Source of the DNA: Pseudomonadota bacterium
GTDB taxonomy: Bacteria; UBA10199; 2-02-FULL-44-16; JAAZCA01
NCBI GenBank assembly: GCA_043798915.1
Contig: JAZDOG010000080.1
Coordinates: 1 to 25,498, forward strand
Reading direction: 5' to 3'
Length of the DNA stretch: 25,498 nt
Part shown: in pieces, positions 25,209-25,498 of the stretch
Position numbering within the stretch: position 1 is the stretch's first letter
Layout of the letters: the number at the start of each line of letters is the position of its first letter
Position numbers and translations under genes: made by a program
Notes under the pieces: generated by a model
Databases searched by the model: none
Told to the model about the DNA's origin: nothing
What the model saw: only the letters and a program-made list of their open reading frames with translations

Positions 25209-25498
25209 ATGATAGAAGCTGCCGTTGCCATGACGACGACGAATTCGGAGCTGGAGGCGAAGAAGCTCGCAGGCGGGCTTGTGAAGGACAAACTCGCCGC
25301 GTGCGTCCAGATCCTGCCGAAGATGCACTCCATCTACGAATGGGATGGCGAGATACACGACGACCAGGAATACCTGCTCCTCATCAAGACGCGCAAGGAG
25401 CTCCTGAAGGATGTGAAGAAATTCATCGAGAAGAACCACAGCTACGAGGTCCCCGAGTTCGTGGCGCTGCCGGTCGTCGACGCCCTCGGCGCGTATCT
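25209..25498 (+). CDS. cutA: Divalent-cation tolerance protein CutA (3'-truncated by the window edge; not in the ORF track)
   Basis: Manual translation from ATG 25209: MIEAAVAMTTT...LVKDKLAACVQILPKMHSIYEWDGEI...EYLLLIKT...NHSYEVPEFVALPV; GGAGGAGG RBS. Confidence 0.93.
   Translation, partial: MIEAAVAMTTTNSELEAKKLAGGLVKDKLAACVQILPKMHSIYEWDGEIHDDQEYLLLIKTRKELLKDVKKFIEKNHSYEVPEFVALPVVDALGAY

Overview
Bacterial window, mostly GC-rich with AT-rich intergenic patches. The gene content (myxobacterial-style lipoproteins, PBP1b with an LpoP-like partner, YajQ, SEC-C protein) suggests a diderm 'deltaproteobacterial'-type organism; this taxonomy is an inference only. Left part: an AAA+ ATPase with a palindromic operator inside its promoter, a REP/REPIN-like hairpin cluster, a secreted protein, a three-gene two-component operon, and a convergent four-gene ExeA / GspC-PilP-like / secretin / small-protein operon. 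Then come yajQ, a GIY-YIG nuclease, a SEC-C protein and a pilin-like protein. The most unusual part is 11.3-20.3 kb. Three copies of a conserved non-coding element (core GGGCACAACTTTTTT-N8-GACGATA) each precede a member of an unrecognised Cys-patterned protein family. Two members carry a two-helix membrane hairpin with a Phe-terminated tail, and each of these is followed by an Asp-Met/Leu-repeat LamG lipoprotein and then an Ig + 7-bladed beta-propeller lipoprotein (RCC1 or FG-GAP). Right part: a Pro/Ala/Gln repeat protein, tRNA-Ser(UGA), mrcB/PBP1b interrupted by one in-frame TAG, an LpoP-like TPR lipoprotein, an ICMT-family methyltransferase and a partial cutA. No CRISPR array, integrase, transposase or reverse transcriptase was seen.
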